Assembly (NCBI GenBank): GCA_977017575.1
Contig: CDRNVI010000058.1
Location: 62,001-126,000, forward strand
From: Paramoeba atlantica
Taxonomy: Eukaryota > Protista > Discosea
Direction of reading: 5' to 3'
DNA: 64,000 nt
Position 1 is the stretch's first letter, and each line of letters begins with the position of its first letter. A program made the position numbers and the translations under genes. Below the pieces are notes generated by a model. That model saw nothing but the letters and a program-made list of their open reading frames with translations. It was not told the origin of the DNA and searched no databases. Positions 30,291-41,289 of the stretch are shown in pieces.

Positions 30291-31954
30291 GCACTTCGCA
30301 CTCTTCACCCCTCCCCGGCTCACTCCTCGAGTGAGCTTTCTTCCCTCCCCGGCTCTCTCCTTCTCGTGCTTTCTTCTCCCGGGAGCTATGCGCCATGGTG
30401 GCCTCCCTTGAGGACCACTGGGCGTGCTACAGCGGGAGGACACGTTGTATGCGTGTATAGGGGATGCGAACTTGCACCCCTCTCTCCCTACATGCTGTAG
30501 CGAGTGCGGCGGTAACGGACCTCCCCATGATGCATCATGATCCACGATAGACCATCTGACAGCATGAACCCACGGCTTGACCGTGTTGCAGCATGAACCA
30601 TGGCTATACGTGCTGTAGCATGACCGATGGGCGTCTCGTCTCCTACCTCGCACTCCACTCTCTGTGTGACACCCGTCGTATGCGGGTCATGCGCCGATGG
30701 TATCGGCCGTCACACAGAGAGACGTATCTCTGCGCCACGAGCGTATGATCATGACCTGCCGGAGAAAAAGGATGGCTCATGAAGACGAAAAGAGTCAGAA
30801 CAAAAAATAAAAGGCATATTCGTGCTTTTTGGAAAGAGATCTTGCTTGGAAACTATAGAGAACATTAACACATGTTTTTTTAAAAATAACTCGTACATAA
30901 TAAATCGTCACTTTTTCCAAAAAATTGAAAGTTCTATGTGATTTCGCTACATGAAACTATTTACTAGGCCGGTATACATGTATGTATGTGGATTCTATCC
31001 GAAAGTAGGTGAAACTGAACCAAATTCCGCACTTTTTCTCATTTTCACAAAACTTTTTTTCTCTCTCAAAGATGTGTCTTCGTTTGATATCCATTTCACA
31101 GAATTGTTGTTGCTTCATAAAATAATGAAGCAAATGCTGTGCTAATTTGACATTTACAGAACTATTTATTTGAACATATTTGAAAGATCTTGTCGTCTAT
31201 ATCATGCCGTGCTCGGGATGCGTTGGGTTTGCTTGTAGGCGCACCCTAACGATTAGAAGAATTTCGTCGTGGAGTGAATCGCAGTGCTCCGAATGGATTA
31301 AAGGTCATTATTGCAAAATATGAAGGAGTATTGTATTTGCGTCCATTTGTAAGAAGTTGTAAGCAGGTTGAAAGGCTCAAAGTTGATGAAGTATGAAGAA
31401 TTTTTAAAAAAACAGAAAAAGTGCGGACTTTGGTTCAGTTTAACCCCGAAAGTAACGTTCAGAAACGATAATAGATATGCCCATCTTATATAAATTCGTG
31501 CTCTGTGTAGTGCGAAAATACCAAGTATATACCAATATACATACCTGTACACGAATAGTACAGGTGTGGCAGCTTCCCGCAGGAAAAAACCGTATCTGAA
31601 CCTTTGTATGCACCTGTACGCTTTTATACAATACCCGTCCTACGCTTATACACACACTTACACAAAAATTCGTGCCGCTTCACAAAGCGAATTTTTATGA
31701 TTTTTTTGAAAAGTATTAACCTATTCGAACATAAAAAATATGAAAGGAGGAGTAGTGCTCAGATGTTTATATTTTCATTTAAAGAATTCTCAATAGTAGC
31801 GAATAAAATTAAATTCATCATTCAAGAAGGAAAATTTCAAAAGCAAACCTTTTTTAAATTCTGAAGGTATTTACCGGTGAAACGGTTATTAAGGATAAAA
31901 GTAATTAAGGCAGATCGAATTTACGGTCTTCAACCATTTCAACGTGTGAGAGAG

Positions 31955-32028
31955 AAGCTAAAACGATCATGTAAAGTCTTTACATGATCGTTTTAGCTTT
32001 TCTTCTTTGACTTCTTTAAAAGAAGTCA
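31955..32028. repeat. Two adjacent perfect palindromes (22-bp and 10-bp arms)
   Basis: AAGCTAAAACGATCATGTAAAG-T-CTTTACATGATCGTTTTAGCTT (31955-31999) and TGACTTCTTT-A-AAAGAAGTCA (32008-32028). Confidence 0.95.
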
Positions 32029-32131
32029 GAGACGGAATCATGAAATTATTTTTTCCCAATTTTCCCCCAGAATGACATAAAATAATTTTTTATTTTGTAG
32101 TGCCAACTTTTTTATTTTGTAGTGATTCAGG

Positions 32132-32188
32132 CCCCCCGTTTAAGCGCACAATTCACGGAAAACGAGGTACGCTTAAACGGGGGGGCAG
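32132..32188 (+). mobile_element. Solo right end of the pogo-Ulp1 family
   Basis: ccccccgtttaagcgcac...gtacgcttaaacgggggggcag|TA closely matches the 23001-23063 right end. Confidence 0.75.
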
Positions 32189-32593
32189 TACAAGAAAAAC
32201 AAAGAAGGGTGTATCAAAAAAACGAAACTTTTTCCACTTTCATTTCAAATGGGTGGATGTAAATTAGACGAAATCGTATATTACAAAAAAGAAATCGGCG
32301 CCCTTCGCGGCGCCAATCTCTACGAAGCTTTGAAATTAAACACTAAATAGGGAGGGCAAGGTGCTAAATAGTAAACAGGGGGGGACGGTATTGCCTTAAT
32401 CAAAGTTGCCTTAATTAAAATTGTCTTAATTTTATTTACCCTTAATTGAATTTTTACCGGTAGTTACGGAACGGGTTTAATAGTTATGGGACGGGAATTT
32501 AAGGGACGGTATGGAGGTAGGGTAGGACAAATGAAGTTGTTTTGTCTCAAAGTACCGATTTGGTGTACTACTCTAGCACTCGGGGGGTATTGA

Positions 32594-34320
32594 CACTCAG
32601 GCAGCAGTAAAGCGGAATTCCTATCCTCCAAAGGATTGTTATCATGCCTATCAGGCAGAGAATAGAGGTAAGTGAGTAGATTAACGCAAAAGACGTTATT
32701 TTCTACCTTGCTGTTTACAGACTTAGCTCGGCACTTGTCCAAAGTGCCTTTTCGCGGTTCCACCAAAGAGTAAAGCTGCCCCGAAGGGCCGACTGAAAGA
32801 TGGCTTCCCGGCATTTTACCGCAAGCCTCTCGTCTCCGCCAAAAGCGCTATTTAACTTGCTGCAGGAGACTAATAGAGCGCCAACTTCAAGCGGGCTCCA
32901 ACTTCAAAGGCAATTAGGTTTGTACGAGGCTGTGTGGTGCGCCTTTCGTGGAGTAATGTTCTGTACTTGTTTACTTTTCCTTCGTGCGCTAGCTCACGAT
33001 TTTCTTCCCAAGGCACTGTTAGTTCCAGGATGAACTCTGATCCGTCTTTGAGTGTGATCAGTCCATCCGGGCGCAACATGTCTTCACGTGCATGTAGACA
33101 TTCCGGGGCGTTCCGGAAACCTGGGACATCAAGGTGCAAGCTTTTAGTGTAGGGAGAGGATTGGAGATGGTGTCCAAGGGTTTGTAGAATCAGGTCGTGG
33201 CGATAAGTGTAGCGCCCCTGAGCTAGTGATTCTTTACAGCCCGAAAGGATGTGTCGTGTTGTTTGTGGCGCTTGCTCGCATATAGGACATGTTACGGTCG
33301 CTCGTCTGAGTCCCCACAAACGCAGGTTTGTTCTGGAAGGTAGTGGTGTGAGCGTAATGAGGGATGTAGCGAAACGGGAAAGCTTTTCACTATTCAGATT
33401 GTTTAGTGCTGCGGCGAATTCTTTGGCGAGATCTGCTTCCGAGGGCCCATTCCACCATTTCGCTGCTGTCGGTGCTCTTTTCCGAAGTTGATCAATCATA
33501 TAGTTTTCATGGTTTTCACGTACCTTCTGCAAGGCCTTCTTTGGTTCATGTAAGAGGTCTAGGATTTCGTAACATGGCCGGATTTACCCTGCACGGCGTT
33601 TATCTTGTTCTTCCTTTATGCGAGATCGCAGCACGGTCTTAACTGCGGGGTCGTGCGGTTTATTCATTTGCGTTAGCGCTTGTACCGAGCGAAAAGAAAA
33701 ATTTTGGATTCGTTTTTGCACCTTCGCCAATATTTCGCGACGAAGAGTCAATGGAGCGACCCAAATGGTCCCAAAAGACATGGACGAGCGTATAGGAGCC
33801 TTTTTGAATATGATAGCTCTGTGAAATTGTGATCGCGGAGGATACGCTGTAATTGTAACAGGGGACGAGACCTGTGTTGTGTGGGAGCCCGTCAATGAAA
33901 TCACATACGACACTAAAGGGACAAAGCGTGTAAAGGTTTTAACTACAGGGAAGGAGAAGAAGACACTGACTGCGTGGTTTTGGGCCGCTCTGTTACGAAC
34001 CAACGGCATGCAGAAAGCACGTGGGAGCATAAGGTGTTTCCTCCGCACTTAATTTGGGAAGCCCATTCAGATTCTGGGAAGGTTTCCAAAGAGGTGCTCC
34101 GGGCGGAAGAAAAGTACAATTGTACGGCAACAACGACAACAAGCGGGTGGAACACAGGAGAGTCATTTAAAAAATGGGCTGAAGCGGAATTTTTTGACAG
34201 AATCAAGTATCCTCCGCGGAAGACACTTATTATTTTGGATCTGTACGCTGCTCATCGGACAGCGGAATTATTATTGTTCTTTCGTGAGAGAGAAATCGAT
34301 GTTTAATTCGTTCCAGGAGG
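32594..34320 (+). pseudogene. pogo/Tigger-like DDE_1 transposase remnant split by a retroelement
   Basis: EFLSSKG (to 32635) joins WIRFCTFANISRRRV (from 33705). TGDETCVV, GKEKKTLT, SGWNT, ILDLYAAH, *FVPGG. Stops and frameshifts present; cut off by the satellite element. Confidence 0.75.
32636..33704 (-). mobile_element. 5'-truncated RLE non-LTR retrotransposon (sister family of 1-4366)
   Basis: TPLPSRTNLRLWG..CPIC..HILSGC..QGRYTYRHDLIL..RPDG..ILELTVPWEEN...K..KY. C-terminus SALRGSFTLWWNRE. 3' hairpin TGCC-TGATA-GGCA + TGATAACAA. Confidence 0.88.
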
Positions 34321-36307
34321 TTCGTTTTCGAGCGCCGTCGGTTCGTTGAACGATTCAACGAACCGATTTTTTATTTTTTTTCACTGAACTTTTCTGGGAT
34401 TCTTCCAGCGAAGCCCACTTCTTGAGGCAAAACCCCCGTCTGCGAGCAAGACCCAACTGTGAGCGGAGCCCACTTCTGGAGGCAAAAGCCCCCGTCTGCG
34501 AGCAAGGCCCAACTGTGAGCGTAGCCCTGGGACATAATTATATTTTTTAGCGGCCCGCGGGCTCCAGCGCGCGGGTCGCGCACTGAGGACCTATGTCTGC
34601 CACTTCCGCAGGATTGTCGAGAGGCAAGGCCCAACGTTGAGCGAAGCCCACTTCTGGAGGCAAAAGCCCCCGTCTGCGAGCAAGGCCCAACTGTGAGCGT
34701 AGCCCTGGGACATAATTATATTTTTTAGCGGCCCGCGGGCTCCATCGCGCGGGTCGCGCACTGAGGACCTATGTCTGCCACTTCCGCAGGATTGTCGAGA
34801 GGCAAGGCCCAACGTTGAGCGAAGCCCACTTCTGGAGGCAAAAGCCCCCGTCTGCGAGCAAGGCCCAACTGTGAGCGTAGCCCTGGGACATAATTATATT
34901 TTTTAGCGGCCCGCGGGCTCCAGCGCGCGGGTCGCGCACTGAGGACCTATGTCTGCCACTTCCGCAGGATTGTCGAGAGGCAAGGCCCAACGTTGAGCGA
35001 AGCCCACTTCTGGAGGCAAAAGCCCCCGTCTGCGAGCAAGGCCCAACTGTGAGCGTAGCCCTGGGACATAATTATATTTTTTGGCGGCCCGCGGGCTCCA
35101 GCGCGCGGGTCGCGCACTGAGGACCTATGTCTGCCACTTCCGCAGGATTGTCGAGAGGCAAGGCCCAACTGTGAGCGAAGCCCACTTCTGGAGGCAAAAG
35201 CCCCCGTCTGCGAGCAAGGCCCGACTGTGAGCGTAGCCCTGGGACATAATTATATTTTTTAGCGGCCCGCGGGCTCCAGCGCGCGGGTCGCGCACTGAGG
35301 ACCTATGTCTGCCACTTCCGCAGGATTGTCGAGAGGCAAGGCCCAACGTTGAGCGAAGCCCACTTCTGGAGGCAAAAGCCCCCGTCTGCGAGCAAGGCCC
35401 AACTGTGAGCGTAGCCCTGGGGCATAATTATATTTTTTAGCGGCCCGCGGGCTCCAGCGCGCGGGTCGCGCACTGAGGACCTATGTCTGCCACTTCCGCA
35501 GGATTGTCGAGAGGCAAGGCCCAACTGTGAGCGAAGCCCACTTCTGGAGGCAAAAGCCCCCGTCTGCGAGCAAGGCCCAACTGTGAGCGTAGCCCTGGGA
35601 CATAATTATATTTTTTAGCGGCCCGCGGGCTCCATCGCGCGGGTCGCGCACTGAGGACCTATGTCTGCCACTTCCGCAGGATTGTCGAGAGGCAAGGCCC
35701 AACGTTGAGCGAAGCCCACTTCTGGAGGCAAAAGCCCCCGTCTGCGAGCAAGGCCCAACTGTGAGCGTAGCCCTGGGACATAATTATATTTTTTAGCGGC
35801 CCGCGGGCTCCAGCGCGCGGGTCGCGCACTGAGGACCTATGTCTGCCACTTCCGCAGGATTGTCGAGAGGCAAGGCCCAACGTTGAGCGAAGCCCACTTC
35901 TGGAGGCAAAAGCCCCCGTCTGCGAGCAAGGCCCAACTGTGAGCGTAGCCCTGGGACATAATTATATTTTTTGGCGGCCCGCGGGCTCCAGCGCGCGGGT
36001 CGCGCACTGAGGACCTATGTCTGCCACTTCCGCAGGATTGTCGAGAGGCAAGGCCCAACGTTGAGCGAAGCCCACTTCTGGAGGCAAAAGCCCCCGTCTG
36101 CGAGCAAGGCCCAACTGTGAGCGTAGCCCTGGGACATAATTATATTTTTTGGCGGCCCGCGGGCTCCAGCGCGCGGGTCGCGCACTGAGGACCTATGTCT
36201 GCCACTTCCGCAGGATTGTCGAGAGGCAAGGCCCAACTGTGAGCGAAGCCCACTTCTGGAGGCAAAAATCCCCCGTCTGCGAGCAAGGCCCAACTGTGAG
36301 CGTAGCA
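34321..36307. repeat. 178-bp GC-rich tandem satellite (~11 units) behind a truncated palindromic TIR
   Basis: Unit starts (ctatgtctgcc) at 34591, 34769, 34947, 35125, 35303, 35481, 35659, 35837, 36015, 36193. Preceded by CGGTTCGTTGAA-CGA-TTCAACGAACCG and the same head sequence as at 37080-37200. Confidence 0.97.
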
Positions 36308-37008
36308 AATGATTGGAACATATTTACAAAAAGTTCCTTAAAAAAAGAATTTTCCCCTCCAGTTTCTAAGCAGGATGTAAGAAAACGCCGCTTTTTCTCC
36401 ATCCATCGAGGAGGGGGTCGGCCGGATACGCTAGTAAATTGTTCAATACTGCCTACGTTCTGATCTTGTCCCCTTTTCCCCTTCGGTCGTGACATGCGAG
36501 TAAAACAAAAAGCTTAAAACCAATTTATAATTATAAAAACACTATGAAAGAATTATAAACCCTTAATAATTATAAATTTAGGATTTGTGCAAATTTATAA
36601 TTATTAATGCAACTTACAGTACATTTTAGTTGTATCATTTTATCTATGTTCGCGCTCAAGTAGTTGATACCTTCAATTTGTGTTGAACTATCGGGGCGTT
36701 GGTGGTTTTATTTCCTGGTTTATTGTAATGAAAAGACTCATCATTATGCGAGGACTCATTCAAACAAATATTAAATCTGGGATATGGTAAACAGCTATGT
36801 GGTCAGTGTTTTTAATCTAAGGCGTGAAAAACTTTAAGGAAAATATTAACCCCTTAATTTGTTTGTTGTTGTTGTGGTGTACTAGTCATCTCCGGGTGTG
36901 TAAAAAAATGGAGAATATTATTTCCATAAAAAAATACGGGACGGTTAATTACAGGACACCCTGATGACCCTTTGACCTTGATTTGGGGTGTCCCTTAATT
37001 AATAAATT

Positions 37009-37963
37009 GGCTATGTCTCTACTTCGTTGAATATTCAATGAAGCGCCGTCGGTTCGTTGAATATTCAACGAAGCGCCGTCGGTTCGTTGAACGATTCAAC
37101 GAACCGATTTTTTATTTTTTTTCACTGAACTTTTCTGGGATTCTGCCAGCGAAGCCCACTTCTTGAGGCAAAACCCCCGTCTGCGAGCAAGGCCCAACTG
37201 TGAGTGAAGCCCTGGGACATAATTATATTTTTTGGCGGCCAGCGCGCTCCAGCGCGCGGGTCGCGCACTGAGAACCTATGTCTGCCACTTCCGCAGGATT
37301 GTCGAGAGGCAAGGCCCAACGTTGAGCGAAGCCCACTTCTGGAGGCAAAAGCCCCCGTCTGCGAGCAAGGCCCAACTGTGAGCGTAGCCCTGGGACATAA
37401 TTATATTTTTTGGCGGCCCGCGCGCTCCAGCGCGCGGGTCGCGCACTGAGAACCTATGTCTGCCACTTCCGCAGGATTCTGGTTGGTTGGGTGGTTTCCG
37501 CAGGATTCTGGACTATTTTTTAATATTGATGTGTAGAAAACAGGACCTTTTTCTTTTGCGGATCCTATTTTGAATGAACAACAGTGATACTGGCAATACT
37601 TCGGAAGCATTTTTGCGTCGCTTCATGGCCTTCTTGCACCTATATTTTCTAATAATACACGACGTATCTAACACCATGTTTCATCCGTGCGTTTCACATT
37701 CATTCACAGGAATCTCCAAACGGGTTAAATTACAACAACAGAAATCTACATGAGATCGACTTGCCGTAAAAGAGTTTCTAGTACCATGCGCTACCTTTGT
37801 TGCTCCGTTGAGACAATTTAAAATGTTAAAAAAATCGAATGCTCGCTCGAAAAAAAATTAAAATCCCGTTCGTTGAATATTCAACGAAGCGCCATCGCTT
37901 CGTTGAATCGTTCAACGAACCGCCGGCGGTTCGTTGAATATTCAACGAAGTAGAGACGTACCC
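37009..37963. mobile_element. Non-autonomous TIR element, Merlin/IS1595-like, with ~2 internal 178-bp units
   Basis: 8-bp direct repeat AATAAATT at 37001-8 and 37964-71. TIRs GG(C/G)TA(T/C)GTCTCTACTTCGTTGAATATTCAA, each ~100 bp and built from three TTCGTTGAA..TTCAACGAA palindromes. Superfamily inferred from GG termini and the 8-bp TSD only. Confidence 0.75.
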
Positions 37964-38415
37964 AATAAATTTAATTTATAATGATATTTTTTCCTATTAC
38001 GCATACGTAAGTTATGCGGAGCCAGCTTGATTGTCCGTCTGAGAGTGGGGTCACCAACAGGCGGACCAAATGCGGCCACCCCCTGAAAGCCGAGCACAAA
38101 AAAATGCACGAGCTCGCAGCCGCCCGGCAACTGCCGCCCACCTTTCCCAACTTTTTTGATGAATGCTATTTTTTCTTCCGAAAACGTGTTAAAACGCTTC
38201 TTTGGGTTACCCCCGAGGTCCTACTGAGATTTTGTAATGAAAAAGACCTGTGCTTTTAAATTTCCGAAAAAATCGTTTTATTACCCATTTTATGCCCCTT
38301 TCAAGCTCGCCGAATTAACCTTAGTAAGCGAGTTAGACACTCACCGTATCTCCCTCAAGAAAGAAATAGAGACTTACAAATGGATTGAATTTTATAATGT
38401 TTAAAAATACCATTA

Positions 38416-38814
38416 TTAGATATCTGACAAATCTTGCAACGTTATTTTTCCAGTTGCGTGGTCCTGCTTCCAGGATGGTTTCCCCAAATATGGACATTGT
38501 GAACACCGGAAGGCATCCCCCTTACTACAATTTCCACACCCTCCAGTAGATAAAGAACTCACCCTCATACTTTCATCTGTACTTCGAGAAGTATTTTCGG
38601 CCTCAGCACGACCACAAATGCAATTTTTGCAAACTTTGTTTCTTTTGGAGCAATCCGGCTCATATGTAGTGGAACTTTTTTCTCTTGTATCTTCTTCAGT
38701 CAGCAGCTCGCTTTCACATAAAAGCTCTTCGTCGTCCATGTTCGGAGTATTCAGAAATATATCTACGGGCTCACGTGTTCTCATGGAGTAGACTTTCATT
38801 TTAGAGACATTCAT
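38416..38814 (-). CDS. DRE2: Anamorsin/Dre2, short form (Fe-S motifs only)
   Basis: [16 protein letters not shown] and [23 protein letters not shown]. Confidence 0.92.
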   Translation of the reverse strand: MNVSKMKVYSMRTREPVDIFLNTPNMDDEELLCESELLTEEDTREKSSTTYEPDCSKRNKVCKNCICGRAEAENTSRSTDESMRVSSLSTGGCGNCSKGDAFRCSQCPYLGKPSWKQDHATGKITLQDLSDI

Positions 38815-39122
38815 TGAACATAAACGCTATTGTGTGAAATATGCAAGTATTTTTTTAGTAGTACTCGGGAGCAAGTAATTTCATTAGTAACCGAAAATAA
38901 TTGAACATTGTAGTATATAAGACTTACGTGTGTATACGCTGCACATGCTTTTTAAGTATGGCAGTGTTCAGTCTCAATATTTGATCGACTTATCCATATA
39001 CTATGAATAACACAGCTTGTATCATAAAAGTATTTTTCTGTCTTTTATTAGAAGAAAGCCACACATTTTGTCAGCGAATACGTATTTGTGAGACGGACGA
39101 CTTGATAGCGCATCACACGCCC

Positions 39123-39902
39123 TTAGGAAGCTACAAACATTGATTCATTTGACAGTGTCGTATTACTCTCTCGGGCTAACTTACTACGCTGCACTTCGTC
39201 AAGTAGGGCATCGACATCGTTGTCAGCATAGCAGCCAAACTCCTTTCCTATGCCTATAACACTGACATCCGTATTTTTACCGTCAAGTTTGACATCATCC
39301 CCGCAAGTCATACTAAGTGCCTTCAAAGCGTGTTTCGTTATTTCATTCAAGTCTGACGTTGCGAATTGTTGATAACGTTTCTCGAGATACATTCGCGCCG
39401 ACTGACTTCTGGCACCAATGGCCGCGCCTTGGGTAGGAAAGATCAACCCTGATGGACCAATCTGATACAGGTGACAACCCGTGCTGTCGCTTCCGATCAG
39501 GAGACTTCCAACCCCCAGAGGACGCTGCGAGCTATTGAGCGTTCGGTTGTGCATTTCATTTGCCACCAGCTCTGCCAGAAGAGACAGTGGGCAAGGTGAG
39601 GCATGTGCGTACTCGTAGTTCATGCACTCGGTTCGCATCCACTCTGCCATCACACGAGCGTCCGAGATCAATCCTGATATCGCCATACCACAGTGTAACG
39701 CAATTTCAAATACCTTCTTTTGATGAGAAGCAAATTTTTCTTTTGGGGCTCTTTTCAAGGAACAAACCACAGCGCAATCCTTGCCTCGAATCCCTACACA
39801 CGCGCTTCCTTGTTTTACTGCCTCCTGAGCATATTCCACTTGGTACAGACGTCCGTGCGGGGACCACGTGGCAATATCGGTGTCGTATTGATTGCGTTGC
39901 AT
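39123..39902 (-). CDS. PSMA1: 20S proteasome alpha-6 subunit (PSMA1 type)
   Basis: MQRNQYDTDIATWSPHGRLYQVEYAQEAVKQGSACVG, QRPLGVG, IGARSQSARMYLE. Confidence 0.93.
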   Translation of the reverse strand: MQRNQYDTDIATWSPHGRLYQVEYAQEAVKQGSACVGIRGKDCAVVCSLKRAPKEKFASHQKKVFEIALHCGMAISGLISDARVMAEWMRTECMNYEYAHASPCPLSLLAELVANEMHNRTLNSSQRPLGVGSLLIGSDSTGCHLYQIGPSGLIFPTQGAAIGARSQSARMYLEKRYQQFATSDLNEITKHALKALSMTCGDDVKLDGKNTDVSVIGIGKEFGCYADNDVDALLDEVQRSKLARESNTTLSNESMFVAS

Positions 39903-40384
39903 TATTAAAAAGCAGTAAAAAGATAAAAAAAAGAAATCCCCTTTGCGCACATGAGGTGAACTTTCATATTCCTTTTTCCTGTAGAATCATTCTACATTTT
40001 TAAGTGATGCTGCTATTGATCTTTATGATTTCAGGCTATCCTCGTCATTTAAATCAACAGACATACACACACAGTATACCAGCATACCACGGCATACCAC
40101 ACACAGTATACCAGCGTAAACAAGGATTTGCGGACAATAACTACCAATAGGGGCCTTGTCAACAAATGGTATTCCAAATACCACTCCAAAAATAATCAAA
40201 AATGACACGAAAGAGGCTTACCGCGCAGCCCAAAAACTAGTGTCATGGTGTAAAGATATAAATTAATTTTAGCATCACGCGTCTTTAACAAATTATCGTT
40301 TTCGGAATCAGAGAGTAAGTTTACATTTGCCGAAAATCAAAAATAAACACATGTATTAATAGAGCACCTAACGCCAGTTGTCGC

Positions 40385-40906
40385 CTACAACTGAGCACGT
40401 CGCGCCTCTCGAGTTCCCCTGCGGCGCATTTCCGTGTCGATTTGATGGGAGGTTTGATTGTGGTTGTAACCTGAACTTAGTGCTATTTCGTGCCCTGCTT
40501 CCAAATACCCTTTTCGACCCTCTGTAATGGAGTGATTGATTGACTTGCGTGCAGACTCGCTCACTACCCGATCCGCAACAAAGTCCAATGGGCATCGTCG
40601 CCCAGAGCTGCCATGCTGCTGTAGAGCCCAGGAGGCCCAAAGCACTATAGCAATATTCTGCAAAAAACGAACGATCTCGTGAAGGTCCTGCGGCTCGCTA
40701 CGCCACATTCGTTGTAGCCATCCGAATTTAGAAAACGGAAACGTTTTAGAGAGCCCAGAAAAGACGTTGCCAAGCAGCAAAGCTGCGGGAGCCAATGAAA
40801 CAATAATGGGAAGCGTTTTGCATGTGGGTAAAGGCAGCACACGCTCTTCCAAAAAGTGTACCACTTGATGAACTGGAATCCAAATGTCGGACATAGAGTT
40901 CTCCAT
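40385..40906 (-). CDS. Hypothetical membrane protein
   Basis: 173-aa ATG ORF on the polycistron strand with two hydrophobic segments; no family recognised. Confidence 0.5.
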   Translation of the reverse strand: MENSMSDIWIPVHQVVHFLEERVLPLPTCKTLPIIVSLAPAALLLGNVFSGLSKTFPFSKFGWLQRMWRSEPQDLHEIVRFLQNIAIVLWASWALQQHGSSGRRCPLDFVADRVVSESARKSINHSITEGRKGYLEAGHEIALSSGYNHNQTSHQIDTEMRRRGTREARRAQL

Positions 40907-40984
40907 TAGTCAACAAAATGCAGCTAAATTATGATTATGTAGGACGCCAAAGGTTGTCTTAGCCATAGAAAATAAAAATAAATA

Positions 40985-41260
40985 CTATCCGCCTCCTATT
41001 TAATGGGGCTCCGATTTTGGGCGAAACGTCCTGTTAAAGGGGGGGTACATGGAAAAACATATGAAAAAAAAATCGCCCCCCCTTCGCGGCGCCGTTTTTA
41101 TCGTTGTTAAGCAAGTTGCTCCCTTTTGATACACTTTATGCTGTTGGGGTGGCTATAAAGGGCGGATTCGGAAATTATTTTTACTCTTCCCATCGTTCGG
41201 TTCGCGAGAAACAGTTCGGTTCGCGAGAAACAACTGCGAAGGCCTTCTGAAGCGAATATA
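40985..41260. mobile_element. Degenerate copy of the 59449-59744 MITE family, inverted orientation
   Basis: TA|CTATCCGCCTCCTATTTAATGGG..ttttgggcgaaacgtcctgttaaagggggg..ggaaaaacatatg matches the reverse complement of 59650-59744. Confidence 0.6.
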
Positions 41261-41289
41261 CGACAGATTTTTTCCCATCGGAGCTTCTG

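Larger units (their letters stand above)
31874..32460. mobile_element. Putative TA-flanked MITE (CCGGT termini)
   Basis: TA|CCGGTGAAA..ATTAAGG at the left and CCTTAATT..TTTTACCGG|TA at the right; repeated CCTTAATT/AATTAAGG subterminal motifs. Confidence 0.45.

Noticed and set aside
30120-30653. 177-aa minus-strand ORF over the SL locus
   Set aside because: Non-ATG start, no motifs; explained by GC-rich structured noncoding DNA.
30290-32200. tRNA, 5S or U-snRNA genes beside the SL gene
   Set aside because: No A/B-box cloverleaf, 5S, U2 or U6 signature was visible by eye; tRNAscan/Infernal would be needed.
34591-36307. Homology to the Trypanosoma brucei 177-bp repeat
   Set aside because: Only the length is similar; this unit is GC-rich whereas the T. 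brucei repeat is AT-rich.
34371-36495. Series of near-identical 73-aa ORFs
   Set aside because: Artefacts of the 178-bp satellite (period not a multiple of 3).
36945-37000. Short inverted repeat AGGACACCC/GGGTGTCCCT flanked by TA
   Set aside because: Only ~55 bp with imperfect arms; too small to call an element.
34321-37963. CRISPR-like reading of the repeats and palindromes
   Set aside because: No unique spacers and no cas genes; eukaryotic context; TIR/TSD architecture explains them.
40023-40208. Small hydrophobic ORF resembling V-ATPase subunit e
   Set aside because: No in-frame ATG (GTG preceded by an in-frame stop) and weak similarity; cannot be supported without a search.
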